A DNA stretch of 64,000 nt from Antedon mediterranea (GCF_964355755.1 NC_092674.1:8928001-8992000), one strand, 5' to 3'; positions 1-64,000 are shown, counted from the first letter of the stretch. The notes: generated from the letters alone by a model not told the origin. Numbers and translations are program-made.

Positions 1-620
1 AATATTATCGGTTTTGTGATGGTGGGTCATACCATTCTAAAGATCATATTTCTCAAACTAACAATTCATTCATGAAATGAAGCTATTCTTAACAAAGATT
101 GATCGCTGATATACGATTATAATTTATGCAAAATAAATTTATTATTAATTGTCATAATTTTGAAATCATTTAGCAGTAACTTATGTGATTAGATTTCAAG
201 AGACGTTTCATGGTTGATACTTAACAGTTGTCTAGCATGCTAATTACTAATAAATATTAAATTAAAGAGTTTTATCAGCGAATAAAAAAAATTGTAATGT
301 GTTACTGTTAGATTCTATATCTTATAATGATAATAGAAAATAACATTTAAATGATGATTTTGTTGATAAATATTTTAAAAATTTTAACATTTCCATTCTG
401 TCCTTCAGAAAAACAATTAGAAATATTATTCTCATATTTGCCTAAATTTCTCAGATAACTTGTTATGCAATACGCAAATTCTTAATATGACATGCAATAG
501 TGTAATGAACTAGATCAAAATGTTACAGATTTAATGTGATATCTTGAACAACTGTTTAGACTACCACATACAGTATAAATGGAATTTCTAGAACACCAGA
601 AACATCAAATCAAATATTAA

Positions 621-759
621 AGATGTATTGAAAAAATATTTTGTTTAATTTTTTTGTTGAATATGCCATTTTAATATCATATAATTGTTATCCACTTTGA
701 CCCACTTTTTTTTTTGTAATTAATCTTCATTTTTCATGTTTTTGGAGGACAATACATCT
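621..759. mobile_element. Kolobok-like MITE (internally deleted copy)
   Basis: TIR AGATGTATTG...CAATACATCT flanked by TTAA on both sides (617-620 and 760-763). The body is shared with 5700-5992 and 23221-23567. Confidence 0.65.
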
Positions 760-2327
760 TTAATATTACAACTAAAATTCTGTCTTAAAACTAGAATTTG
801 TAAAGCTTGAAAAAGGTTCCACAGGGGCAGATACAGAATTTTTAAAATGGGGGATCAAGTGCTTATATAAATATTAATATTCCGTCAAAAATACTAGATC
901 TCAAACAGTAATTTATAATTTTATTTCAGCTGTAAATTTCACTAAGCTGGAACAAATTTGTTTACTTTAATTTAAGCTATTTCTCAAATCCTGAATTATA
1001 AAAGATGATCGTTTACTGGCAAATAATTAAATCTAAAATAAAATTTTGATTAAGATACCTTAAAATAGATATCTTATTTATTTTCTCCATAGATACGCTA
1101 AATATTAAATAAAAAATATTGATTTATTTCATAATATTCTGTCTTTAATTACATGCGAGTCAATGCTACTACTATAATAATAAGAATATTAATATTATAT
1201 TGTAAATTGTAAAATTTTTTTCGAGGTTTAAATTTTGTAAGGATTTCTGCACAATTCTCTCTTCTGCCTAGAAAATTTTTAGAGATTTAACTGTGTATGC
1301 TTTCTTAATTTAAATGAATGTTTATAACAAACTTTGTTATCTGTTTATTCTGTATTTTGTTTAAATTTTATTTTTATATTTAACTTGTTATTGTTGTTTT
1401 ACACTGTTGGTTAACAATGACAGATACAGGATTTTTTTTTAATTGTGAGAGCTGATGGTCTAAAATTGTAAAATGTGTGCTGAAGTTTTAATGTCCTATC
1501 TTTTGCAATGCAATGTTCGAAATATAGAGGGTATAGGGGGCTGAATTGACCAGAAAATCACAGGAAAAATAGCAACATGCGATGTCAAGCTAGAATGCTA
1601 TATTTTTAGACCTCTCATAGCTAAGACCAATTCTTACAAGGAAACAACAACTTACAAATTAAAGAAAGAAAGTACAATTGGGACCTATCCCTGGATAAAA
1701 AAGACATTGTTATAGAAAAGGAAAGGAGAAACTTAATGCTGACAGGAAGGAACAAGTTCCATAAGGAACTGAAAAAATATCTCAACCCTGGAAAAGAACA
1801 AGAGAAATATAATCTACATGGGAAGATACTAAACTCTTTTGAAATAAGCAAAAGTAGGCATTAACACTCATGGACCGGGGATAAATACTGTCAGTTGTAA
1901 TCGGTCAATTCACTTGCATGTGGGGCATACGTTGTGTCCTAGTGGGAACCAAGCTTAAATCTTTACTGGAGGAAGATGCCAGAAGTGGGACATAAAAGTA
2001 CATTCCACTTCACTCTTATGCCTCAAGACTTTGCACTACTCTTGTTTATCATTAACATTGAATCCACTGTCATCATTAAAACATTTATATGAGCATTTTA
2101 TCATCTTTATTCACTCCAACACATCCAGTTTAAGAACAATACAACTTCTTAATGGCTCATAGAAAGAAGAATAATGGATAGATACTGAAATAAAAGATGA
2201 GATGCACTTCCCTCCATTAGTTGCAAAATGAACATTTGAACGGATTTTACAAGTTTTAACTTTTAATAGTTGGAAATAAAGTAACATCGTCTTTGCAAAC
2301 CCTAGACAAATGTGTTTTTAAAACCAG

Positions 2328-2752
2328 AACGCTAACGCATTTTGAGGTTCCTATGGTAAGGAATAACGATGCCAAACGCTAACGCATATTGAGGTTCCTA
2401 TGGTAAGGAATAACGATGCCAAACGCTAACGCATATTGAGGGTTCCTATGGTAAGGAATAACGATGCCAAACGCTAACGCATATTGAGGTTCCTATGGTA
2501 AGGAATAACGATGCCAAACGCTAACGCATATTGAGGTTCCTATGGTAAGGAATAACGATGCCAAACGCTAACGCATATTGAGGGTTCCTATGGTAAGGAA
2601 TAACGATGCCAAACGCTAACGCATATTGAGGGTTCCTGTGGTAAGGAATAACGATGCCAAACGCTAACGCATATTGAGGTTCCTATGGTAAGGAATAACG
2701 ATGAACAAACGCTAACGCATATTGAGGTTCCTATGGTAAGGAATAACGATGC
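2328..2752. repeat. Minisatellite, 47-48 bp unit x ~9
   Basis: Near-identical head-to-tail copies of AACGCTAACGCATATTGAGG(G)TTCCTATGGTAAGGAATAACGATGCCA. Confidence 0.95.
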
Positions 2753-4251
2753 AAAATTAAAATAAATATTTCTTTAACAAACTATATAGTGTTAATAATT
2801 ACTTGTATTTTGAGCAGACTTTTTATCATTTTTGATCACTTTAATTTGTGGTGTTTTTATGTATTAAATATGTAATAAAGTCAAATTATGTTATGGACGA
2901 ATACAGATTCTTGAATGTTGAAAGAATCTGAATTTTAAAATGTATGTATATTGATCTTCATTTTTCGAGCTGGTTATAGTTGAAAATTGTACATTTTCCT
3001 AAATGTACAGTACATACGATTCCTACCCACATGTCAACATCTCAACCTTTCCAAAGTTCACAATAACACAAACAAAACTCGTCTACATGTACTAATGTGT
3101 GATTCAGACATGATTAATACAGTATTATCTATTCTCTTTCAATATTGATAATTTATTACCAGCATACAATAATACATCATTATTACACCAGATAATGCGG
3201 GTATTTTTACTATTAGTAAAAAGTACTATTCAGTATTAATAGGTCTTTATCATGTTTTTGCCTGGAAATACCATTTCTATGGTACTGTATATATGAAAAG
3301 GATAGTACTAAAATGTAAGAAGCATGAGTTCGAATCTATATGTGTGATATTGATCCTTGCAAGACATTTTAAACACATTCTGTAAACCCTTAAAAATATG
3401 GTGCTGGGGCAAACAACAAATTGATAAGAAAAAAAGTTAAAATTCTACTTCATTTGCTGCAGTAATTCTTTACTACCATATCCAAAGTGGGGCTGTAGCG
3501 TAATGGTTGCCCTCCAATCCCAATCCCTGACCTAATGCCAGGGTTGTAACTCGCGACTATTTCAACTCCAATAAGCTTCAAATGAGGCTTAATTTATAAG
3601 CACGATATATTATAAAATAGTCCTGTAATTGGCGAGTTTGTGCTCCCCTATCATATTCATTTTTGTTGTGTCACTTTGTAAAGTTTGAGTGATTGCAATA
3701 GACAACCATCACAAGACTGATTGCTTGTGATAGCTAATTTCTAACACGTTATTAACCCTGTTAACCCCAGATGTCGTTCAATGATATCTTAATGTCTATG
3801 ATTGCACCTTCACAATTACAGTGCTGACATATATTTTAATTCTAGATTGATTTATCAGAAAGGTGCATCACTTCTGTAGGAAACACCTTTGAAGTAAATC
3901 GCAATTTCATGAAACTTGTTTGAAATCACTTTTACATTTTCTGAACTTGGACCAAAATGAGGAGAGGATACTGAATGGCTAATAAAGTGGAAGAACAATT
4001 TCTGTTGCCTAGGTAGATTTGGCCATAACATTTTCATAAGCTAGGCCTATTTATTAGCACTTTCAAAGCAATATAAGATTATGAGGACATGTGTGATGAA
4101 CACAGAATGCCAGTGCAAACGTTGCGTGTATGAATCACAGATATATAAGATTTAAAAAAAGGCATTTCAAGAAATATAAACTGCTTAAGATGGAAACATC
4201 TTCACTGAAGTGAACAAATTAAAATAGTATTTATAATTCAATAGATCTTAC

Positions 4252-4443
4252 CCAATGTTCAAATGCTTTATACATATCTAGCTTATTATTCACTGGACTA
4301 GGAGTTTTTATTTCCTTTTCTTTTATCTCGCAATTTCCTCTAACTTTTCTGTTCGCTCGTCGCGGCAATGGCGATGGCGTTTTATGATGTTTTGGACAAT
4401 GCTGCTGTCCTAGCATAGCATCTGCATTCATAGCTGAAAACAT
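4252..4443 (-). CDS. Candidate alternative first coding exon of CASK (64 codons, MFSAMNADAMLGQQHC...DMYKAFEHW)
   Basis: Start context ACAACCATG, three in-frame stops just upstream, and a phase-0 TGG|GTAAGA donor. It is on the CASK strand in a phase-0 intron. No homology evidence. Confidence 0.5.
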
Positions 4444-5699
4444 GGTTGTATATTCTCAAGATATAAATCAGATTTTAATTCAAACTGTAACACGATCCGA
4501 CTAAACAACAAATGGAAAGGTGATAATGCTATAAATCGTGAAAGATCTTGGCCGCAAATGTAACATAAATCGTAGAATTCTTCCTTTCGCTTCTCAAGTT
4601 ATAATTATTCATCTGACTAGAGTGGTAGAACATGTTCCAGGCTGAGTAGTAGTATATCTTCTAAGTGATTTGTTCATGAAGTCAGCAAGAGGTATATCTA
4701 CCTTAAGTTATCTGGGCATGTGCAAAACGAATAAACCAATGACTAATTAACACTACCAGCTAATGATAAACCATATCCTTTGAAAAGTGAAGATGCAACC
4801 ATAGTATGAAATACACACTCCAGGGATGAATATACTATTGATGCGAATTTCGTTGAAAATCCGACCCTAATCTACTATAAACACTTTAAATTCATCAGTT
4901 CAATGTCGCTTTTCTTCTATTGCTGGCATTAGCCCAAAATAAAAGCTAGTTTTATCGCAAAGATTTACTAATTCCGACAGATATGATGACCAAACCTGAC
5001 TGATATGATGACTGGCAAAGCAATTTGTAAGTTGTGGTGTGAAACAAGTGCAATGGGCTATTCCAAGTTGATTTTACTAGTAGAACAGAAATACTGATAG
5101 CATAATACTCCACTCCATTGGAAGAATTTTGACTTGCTTTATCTGAATGCCATCAGGCAGAAATCTTACCATATCATCCTCTCAATGGAGGGAACTTCAC
5201 TAGACCATACCATTATCAAACCAGGGGTGACATACCATACATAATCCATATATACCATTATTAAAATTAAGAATAATGATTTATGCTTGACAGCTGCAGA
5301 AATATTGTAATCTATGATACATATAATATGAATTAATGTTCAAAAAACGTTGTTTAACTCGCATTTAAGCCATTAACCTTCCCCGTATGAATAATGGGCC
5401 AGACCCAAAGACACCTATTATATTTAATTTGATCAATCTCATAGTAGTGAACAATAACAAGAGAATGCTAGCCGTTCAATACATCTACTTCAGCCTCTGT
5501 TACTATATAATTGGTCGTAGTATGTGTCCAATAATTATCCAATAAAATTATCAATCATTTGTGATTAGGTTTCACCAATTGTTGTATTCTTCATGTTTAT
5601 CTTCCAATTATGGGTTCTTCTCAAGTTGTTTGAATGCCTTTAGGTTAATTCCCAAAGGGCTTTATATTTTACATTATGGATGACAACTTTTGGCATTTT

Positions 5700-5992
5700 A
5701 AAGATTATTATTGCCTTAAAAAAATAATTTTGTTTAATTCAATGTTTTTGTTGAATATGGCATTTTAATGTCACATAATAGTTAATTGGATCGGGAAAAA
5801 AATATTTACTTGAAAAAACTGTCAAATTGACTGGAAGACAATGGGCTTTTGGTTGAATTTAACCATTTATTTTGTCTTTTTGAAACATAATTTGTTTAGT
5901 TTTTTTTCTACGGAATTAACTCCGAAATGGTCATTCAAGGTCTTTTTTTATTAATCTTAATTTTTCATGTTTTTGGGGGACAACACATCTTT
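5700..5992. mobile_element. Kolobok-like MITE, degenerate copy of the same family
   Basis: Shares 'tttttgttgaatatg.cattttaat.tca.ataat' and 'taatctt.atttttcatgtttttgg.ggacaa.acatcttt' with 621-759. Confidence 0.6.
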
Positions 5993-6799
5993 GAAATTTG
6001 TATTATTTTAATCAAATAGTAAATAAAATATTGGTTGCTAATTTTGTAAAAGATACATTAATACATTATAACTACAGATTATCATTTATTTGTTCATTTT
6101 AAATAAATTGTTCTTAAAAAAAATATTTTAATCAGCTATTTTTAGAAATGTAATTGCTTTGAATAGATATTAAACACATTTCTTCTGTGTATTGTTTATT
6201 TATTTCAAATTGATACTTTAAAGTGCTCAATGTTGGAAATAGCAGATTAATTGAATAAAAGTTTACTTTAAAACATAAAGTGTGTTATAAAACAAATAAT
6301 GTATGTTTTGTATTTAATAATGGGCAGAACATTTAAATTTCTTCTAAGCCTGAGAGCTGATAGATAGAAGGGACAGTGAGCAAGTGATGGAGACTTGATT
6401 CTATTAGATTTAACCTTTCATAAATTATAATGTTAAAGGTACAATTAAGTCGGTCTCTATTATATATATTTTTACATTAAGTTACACAGCAGATGTACAG
6501 ACATACAATAAATTTGAGAGTGTTAACATTAATCCAGCAGATGTTGAAGAATATTTCATCGGTAATATAAGAGCTCTGGTCAGCATACTTCAATAGTAAA
6601 GAACACTGTCTTTTCAATGATAATAAATAAGCACATAGAAAAACAACATATCTCACTGACCAATACTACATGTGTTGTAACCAGATCCAAGATTCCAAAA
6701 TCATTATAAGATATATTGTTTGAAAACTCAGAGACAATTTAATGGTGAAGTTGTATTTCTCTATTTGGCAAGATTCTTTATTGACAAAAACTTACTAAA

Positions 6800-6984
6800 G
6801 TAGTTTGATAGTGTAGACAGAGCTTTAGGAAAATGTTTGTGTTAAAAATTTTTTTCTAAAGCTACCAGTTTGACAAAAAAGTGTGATATTTCCAAATATG
6901 GTAGTGATATTACATCAGCATGTGCATATATAAGCACATAACATTTTTTTGTCACATAAGGTTTGATAGTGTAGACAGAGTCTA
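6800..6984. mobile_element. Two truncated family B MITE pieces
   Basis: Two right TIRs 'gtttgatagtgtagacagag' (~6804 and ~6961) plus the internal 'tttgacaaaaaagtgtgat...catatggtagtgatat'-like segment. Confidence 0.7.
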
Positions 6985-7582
6985 AAAGGGGACTGCTTCT
7001 GTTTGTGACCAACAGTAACTAAAAGTCTCGTTTTGGAAACCATTATTAAGGGGACTCTTTCCCATGAAACAAGAGGTAATAAATGTAATAAACACTACGG
7101 TCAATCCCTATTCAGGGGACGCCCCCAATAAAGGGGACATTTGTTGGGTCTTGAAGTTTTTCTATGGAATTCTACTATATCAGAATTTTGTTCAACTATT
7201 ACTCAACCCATGAAGGATACCTCAATGCTCATCATCTCCACACAATACATGATGCCTATAACCCCTACACACTCTTTAGTAGAAGGCAACAAGCATAAAG
7301 AACCTCATTGACCTATACCCTACACACTACAAGTTTATGGAATACATACACAAGCTTTACCATGAACATGTAGACGTACCAATGACCTTTCATATCTAAA
7401 TTGTGTACAAACTTCACTTAACATAAAATTTGATCATCATCTAAATCCCCCCAGGCAATAACACGCGTCCCATTCACAAAATGTTATCCCAGACCAGGTA
7501 AAATAAACGTCCTAGTTTTGTAATGTTATTTTACAAGAACTGCTGGCGGTATATAACAGAACAGGGGTCCATGTCAAACCTA

Positions 7583-7718
7583 CTTATCATCCTGTGTAGA
7601 CCATACTATGAGGTCATTACTTCTTATCATCGAGTGTAGTCCACAATATGAGGTCATTACTTCTTACTATCCAGTGTAGCTAGTGTAGACCACACTATGG
7701 GGTCATTACTTCTTATCA
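7583..7718. repeat. Degenerate ~40-bp tandem repeat x3
   Basis: Recurring 'gtgtag.cca.a.tatg.ggtcattacttctta'. Confidence 0.75.
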
Positions 7719-8081
7719 ATGATTTGATCATGTCTATTTCTAGCTATGTAGAGTATTAATGTCTATTGCCAGCTCTAGAATAATTCTACACATTTCAAGT
7801 TATTTCTATTGTCTTGTTTAGTACACAATTATAAAAAAATTGGAGATCGTATCCAAGTATGCCGTTCACCGTCATGTGTTCATAGATTACCTAATTCTCG
7901 GTCTGACTTGAAACAGAGTATGCATTTAGTTAGTGTACAATTTATAATATTCGCAATAAAACAATGAATGTCAAATACTATTGTGTAAAAATTAGTCTGA
8001 AATTTACGACACTAAATAAGATAATCCCACCATAATATTTATCCTTTTATAAATATCCTACTGACCTATACTGGTCTCTTA

Positions 8082-8260
8082 AGCTTGGTTCCCACTAGAA
8101 CGTAACGCAAGGACGTAAACGCAACGCAAGCGTTTTAGCCAATGACAAGCGAAGTTATAGACAGTTAGCAATCACAAGCAAATAAGCCATCGCTTGTGAT
8201 TGGTCAATTCACTTGCGTTGCGTTACATCCTTGCGTTGCGTCGCTAGTGGGAACCACGCT
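8082..8260. mobile_element. PIF/Harbinger (Tourist-like) MITE, family A
   Basis: TIR AGCTTGGTTCCCACTAG...CTAGTGGGAACCACGCT, TTA duplicated at 8079-81 and 8261-63, palindromic body. Partial copies at ~1895-1957 and ~39450-39481. Confidence 0.85.
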
Positions 8261-9375
8261 TTACAGTATTAGAAACAGTTTTTCCTTCAATCAAAATCAC
8301 TTTCATTGTGGTATTATATTCAATAGAGGAAACAATAGCCTTTTGATTTGGTGGAAAATTAGGTGTCTTTAATTAAAAGGAGATGTACATAATTGGATGT
8401 AAACAAGACTATAAGGTCATGTCTACTAATTAAGTTATCAATCTCATATTTTCCCGAGAAAGAGGGTCACGGACGGCATCATATCATACAAAGCACATGC
8501 CTCTGTATTGAGCATCAATACCCGTAGACTATGGCTATTCAAAATATGTAAACTCAGATTGCCTACATTCCAGCTATAATCAAATTTGAAATTAGATATA
8601 AATAATCAAGGTAATATTTGATCTTTACCTCGGAGAACACATGTGAGTTGATTACTAATGTTAATAACATTAACTTTCATTTTCCACTCGCAATTCGAAT
8701 AAAGCTATTTAATTAAAAAACATCTGCAAAGGTTGATCATCAATTCTTAAACTTAATTTCACATAATTGCAACCATTTTAAATACAGGTTAACTAAACTG
8801 AGTGAATACCAAGGACTGAGCATAATCAATTATTGCTTTGCAGAACAAGAGTTTTAAATTAAAGGCTTCAAAAAGCTAGAAAAAAGGCAAAATATGGAAA
8901 TTTCCATTATTATAAAATACTGTAAATATTTTCAATAGAGGGCTCACTTCACATTTAGATCTTTTCTAAATGTAGACATCAACATTCATTTAAAGAACTG
9001 TACTGTAGATATTATCTTCAAAAATTTAACCTAGCAATTTTTTTTTAATGATGTTTGTTTGACCAATGCAGGTAATAGCATATTTAAATAGCTACCTGAG
9101 TGGGTGGGTCTCCCCATCAACAGCAAGACTGGTACCAATAGCTTAAAATACAGTTGGGGACGCCTTCAGGATCCAACGTGTCATTCCATTCATTGGCAAT
9201 AGTGTTAAAACATAACAATATTGCCCATCGCTCATTTCAAAGAAAAGTGTTAATAGAGGTGACCACTGAATAGAAAGGGTTCTACTATCTTTCATACAAA
9301 GTAAATCCATGTGAATAAGCATCCCAAGTTTTAGAATTGAGTGTGACTTATTAATTTAATTTAAGTATGACTTAC

Positions 9376-60100
<50,725 letters not shown>

Positions 60101-60817
60101 AGTAGTTTAACTCCCACAGAAATATTAAACTACAAAACAAGAAAACAATTTTAATAAAAATAAATAAATAGCACACTATTACTACTATGCAAAAGTCAAT
60201 AAAAGTTAAAAATGCGAGTTTTCAAAGCTGCCTTAAAATGCTACCTGTAGGTCACCTAGGGACTAATAGGTCACTGAACTTCTGGCATCCATCCATCCAT
60301 ATCTATTTTTGGCCTTTTTAATGTATGTGGTGAATGGCAATTCATTACAAGCCTGTTTTCTACAACAAATTTATTAGCGCAGAGTGTCAGCATTCATTCA
60401 CATCATATACAGTACAGTATTTTAATTGAATTCCATTTTTGTTTTCACTTTAATGAAATTTAACTACGGTAGTTTGAAATTAGTAGTTCTATACTTTTTG
60501 CAAATCAAAAAAATTGCGCAGCCAATCAGATCTAAGGTAATGAGTTGTCACGCATTTATGAGCTCTAATCTAATGCAAATCCAACAACAACAAAAATCAC
60601 AGCTATTCGCTTTTGTTTGTACTGGAAACTAAAAGGATACTTAGTGCTTTTTTTTTTCACAGGTGAAGGAGTCTACCTAGCACTTGGTGTCTAGACACAG
60701 GATCACACACTTTCCCTATTCATTTTTCGCAATACAGTTTACATACAGAACAGTACAGAAAGAAAATACAGCAACTTTTTCTACAAAGTACAGTAGCTTC
60801 GTAGATAGAACGTAGGC

Positions 60818-60878
60818 TACATTGTTGGCTTCATAGGTTACATTGTTGGCTTCATAGGTTACATTGTTTGGCTTCGTA
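60818..60878. repeat. 21-bp tandem repeat x3
   Basis: TACATTGTTGGCTTCATAGGT repeated. Confidence 0.8.
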
Positions 60879-61589
60879 AACCTCAATAAACAACTTTCAA
60901 TAAGCTATGTTTGTAATCTTAATAAACAACCCTATGATGTTCTTAGTGAACTAACCAGGTGTGAAAATTAATATGCTAATTTTGACTGGCGGAGGACCAA
61001 GTTGTAAATTAAAAAAACAATAAGTAAAAATGGTAACAATAAATAGGAGCTGTGTATGGAATTGGAAATAACTATGCTAGCTATATTTACACCAGTATTG
61101 ATACAATAAAAAAACTATAAAAAAAACATCCCTGGTGGTAAAATGGTGATACAAAATGATGGTCAATTAAGAAGATGGTTATTTAAACAAAAAAATGTTT
61201 TCAAATAAAAAATGATACCAATGGGTTTTCCAACTTTATATTTATTGATTATATCTAGTACTCTTAGCTAGGTGCAGATGTAGCCACTTCGTTCATTTTT
61301 TCCATTGAGCCTCAAGAGAGAAGGATTATTAATATTATTAAAATCCAACTTTTATTATTTTTACTAACTGTCCTTTAGTAGCCTTTTAGTAAGTCAATTA
61401 TATTATTAGCGCTTTAGAAAATACTTTATTGTATTACGACATAACAAAACATACATACACCATTCCCAAACAAACTGGTAGGGCCTAGCTAGGCCTAATT
61501 CAAACAAGAAGAACCAACTTAATTAACTATATTATAAATACACACTTTAATTATTACCTAGGCTAGGCCCTAGGTAGCTACTAGCAAAA

Positions 61590-61605
61590 CCGCTAGAGGG
61601 CAGCA
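61590..61605 (+). promoter_or_regulatory. Putative CTCF site
   Basis: CCGCTAGAGGGCAGCA closely matches the CTCF core CC(A/G)(C/G)(C/T)AG(A/G)(G/T)GGC(A/G)(G/C); it lies ~1.5 kb upstream of the CASK ATG. Confidence 0.45.
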
Positions 61606-61989
61606 GACATCTTTAGGGAATAGACAAGTGTGACCCTTAACCTGTTAAAAAGGGGTCAACTTGCGCATGAATTTACGAACTCTGATTGGCTATTCAGAAA
61701 AAACGAATGACTGTACGATCTTTTCCGGAAAATTCCGATGAAAAATTTGAAATTTCTTTGCCCACATGTCTTCGCGATGACATTTTATTTTGGGCTCGAA
61801 ATGTTAGTAAAATCAGAAAAAATCGAAAACATGCCTAATATTTTGGGATTTTGCTTATATATTTTAGATATATTTATATTTTAACAGTGTACGCCTTTGG
61901 TTTTACATAAATATCACCTATATTGGATCACAAAAGGTTTTTAATCACCTGATGCTAGGTGAGTAAGCAATTCTAGGCCGCGAAGTGCC

Positions 61990-62003
61990 TGATGACGTCA
62001 TCA
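61990..62003. promoter_or_regulatory. Palindromic CRE/ATF site
   Basis: 14-bp perfect palindrome TGATGACGTCATCA in a locally GC/CpG-richer patch; it may be TE-derived. Confidence 0.35.
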
Positions 62004-64000
62004 CACAGCCTGGCTGAGGTGGGGGTATTCCTCCGGGACATTCGCGCAGTCCGGGGAGAGGGTAAACATAAAATAAGTACTTTCTATCTTATTTTTGTGA
62101 TTTTGACACAATTTCCAAACAAAATGTGGTATTATGCAAATATATATTTGTCACCATCAACTTTCTAATTAAAAATATGTTCATAAAATGTATTTATATG
62201 TGTTTTAGTAGTATTTTCACCCAGTGACTATTTGTGTACAAGGTCACAAACGCGGGGTGGGGATTCCTATGTAAACAAAGGATAGTGATGGTGCCAAATT
62301 TTTACACCTTATTTTATTCATAACTTTCGAAATACTCAATCAATTTTGTTGATTTAAAGTTTAAAATGCTTACGATTACATACTCTTTCAAACTGAACAC
62401 TATTCAAATGCAGAAAGATAAATTGAAAAATATATGCCAGTCCCTACCCTAGGCAGTATTCTGGTCAGCTGAATTGTCATAAATAAATGGCCCACATGTC
62501 CCTTTTTGTTGATACTTTGTTAGTGTCGCAGAAGTGAGGTTATTGTCATGAGCAAAAACTCAAACCATCATCGTATCGAACGTTATTATTTTTGACACAA
62601 GCCAGGCCAGGCATGCAGAGGGTGGCGCAGTGCAGTGCAGTCAGTTATAAACCGAGCGAGCCTACCAAACCTAGTTTAGGCCTAGCCTAAAAGGTAAAAT
62701 GACTATCAATAACTTTTTGTTTTATGCTACAAATTGGTCATACTTACATTCTAAAAAATACTATATCGTCTGTTTTACAGACTTCACCTATAATGAACGA
62801 TCTTAATAAATTCCTTTATAGAACATACAAAGTTATACTCGGTACAACATCGAAAAATTGTATAAGAAATTTAGTGCACACACAGGGGCTGGGCAATTAT
62901 AGCACGCATGCGTAGCGACCTCTGGAGTATGATGGGATAGTGGTATTTTGTAGACGTTTGTAATAAAAGACTAATAACTTTATATCCACGTAAGAGGGCT
63001 ATTACTCTCTGGAAACAAAGACACTATCTTTGCCGGAAAGCACTCAGAAACTGAGTGAAGTACTTCAACATTTTTGTCAGAGATGGAGCATGTTGAAAGA
63101 TACATGTTTTGTCTTTAGGTATTATAATGGTTCAAATCCTGCTGGGATTTATAATTTTTGATTTATATTATTATTATTCATTATTTAATTTATGTTTATT
63201 ATTATTTGATATTATATTATTCGTACAATTATTGTTTTTTTAAGTCCTTATCTAAGACAACTTGTTCTACCACCAACAAGAAAAAAACAATGGTCTTAAC
63301 AGCTTGGCCACTCGACTGATGTGTTGGTACATGTCAAAGCATATGTCCATGTCAAATTTTGCCAAGTAATCAAATTCAGTCAGTTGATTTCCCTTTCTTT
63401 CCAACAATTGAATTGCTACAATAATAGTTGCAAACGACAAATCAGATTTCCTCCAAACTCTGTCAGTATGACTGACACCACAAAACTATGGTCATTTTGA
63501 TGGTCCAAATACACTCAATAACAATCAATGACACAAAATAAAAAGTTCATTTTTCAAACTCAATATATTTATTTCATATACATTATGCTTATAGTAATAC
63601 ATTAAATAAATAATATATATTTCTTTTAACTTATTAAAACTGTCACTGTTACAGTATGCATCACCATCGTAGCAGCAATGATAAATGTAATACTTTTTTT
63701 TTATCTAATACTTTAAATTTTGCAGGTTACTAAAATGCCACTAATGACATACTTTGGTCTTAAACACTTTGTTAATAAATTTAAATCTAACGAAACAACA
63801 ACAAAAAAACCTCAATCGATATAAAAAAAAACATTAGATCAAGTTAAAAACCATTAACTTTTAGATATTTGTGAACAAACTTGGATCCAAGAGATATTAA
63901 TATATAATAAGGAAATGTATATATATATATATGTAATCATAATTTTCAATCATATTGAGACTAGATATAGATATATAAAACCCTTCATCAAACATATGAA

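Noticed and set aside
1622-1845. Plus-strand open stretch (DQFLQGNNNLQIKERKY...) and antisense 76-aa ORF
   Set aside because: No recognisable family, start or splice support; at most a degraded TE fragment.
2328-2752. CRISPR-like array of hairpin-containing repeats
   Set aside because: No unique spacers (units are head-to-tail), eukaryotic intron context, and no cas genes.
5170-5200. Possible small exon before a GTAAGA donor on the CASK strand
   Set aside because: Weak acceptor, an in-frame TGA if joined in phase 0, and no CASK similarity.
63700-63825. Plus-strand acceptor plus short ATG ORF (MPLMTYFGLK...) as a divergent gene
   Set aside because: Only 29 codons, AT-rich, with no homology or donor support.

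Overview
AT-rich animal genomic DNA, probably from an invertebrate deuterostome such as an echinoderm (inferred from composition, repeat content and protein similarity; not verified). The window holds the 5' part of CASK (CaMK-like MAGUK, LIN-2) on the minus strand. Eleven GT-AG coding exons run from the ATG at 60100 down to 9376 and give 385 codons: the whole CaMK-like domain, the autoinhibitory/CaM-binding segment and most of the first L27 domain. The gene continues beyond the left edge. The introns carry non-autonomous DNA transposons (PIF/Harbinger-, Tc1/mariner-, Kolobok- and IS3EU-like), tRNA-derived SINEs, a 5S-derived fragment, LINE 3' stubs and several minisatellites. The largest minisatellite is a ~7 kb array of a 21-bp unit, which produces the spurious 1760-aa ORF. 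The most interesting observations are (1) a candidate alternative first coding exon at 4252-4443 for a kinase-less CASK isoform, (2) an 832-bp fold-back element with a 6-bp TSD, and (3) a strong excess of TA-CWG-TA and TA-GGCC-TA motifs that resemble transposon excision footprints.
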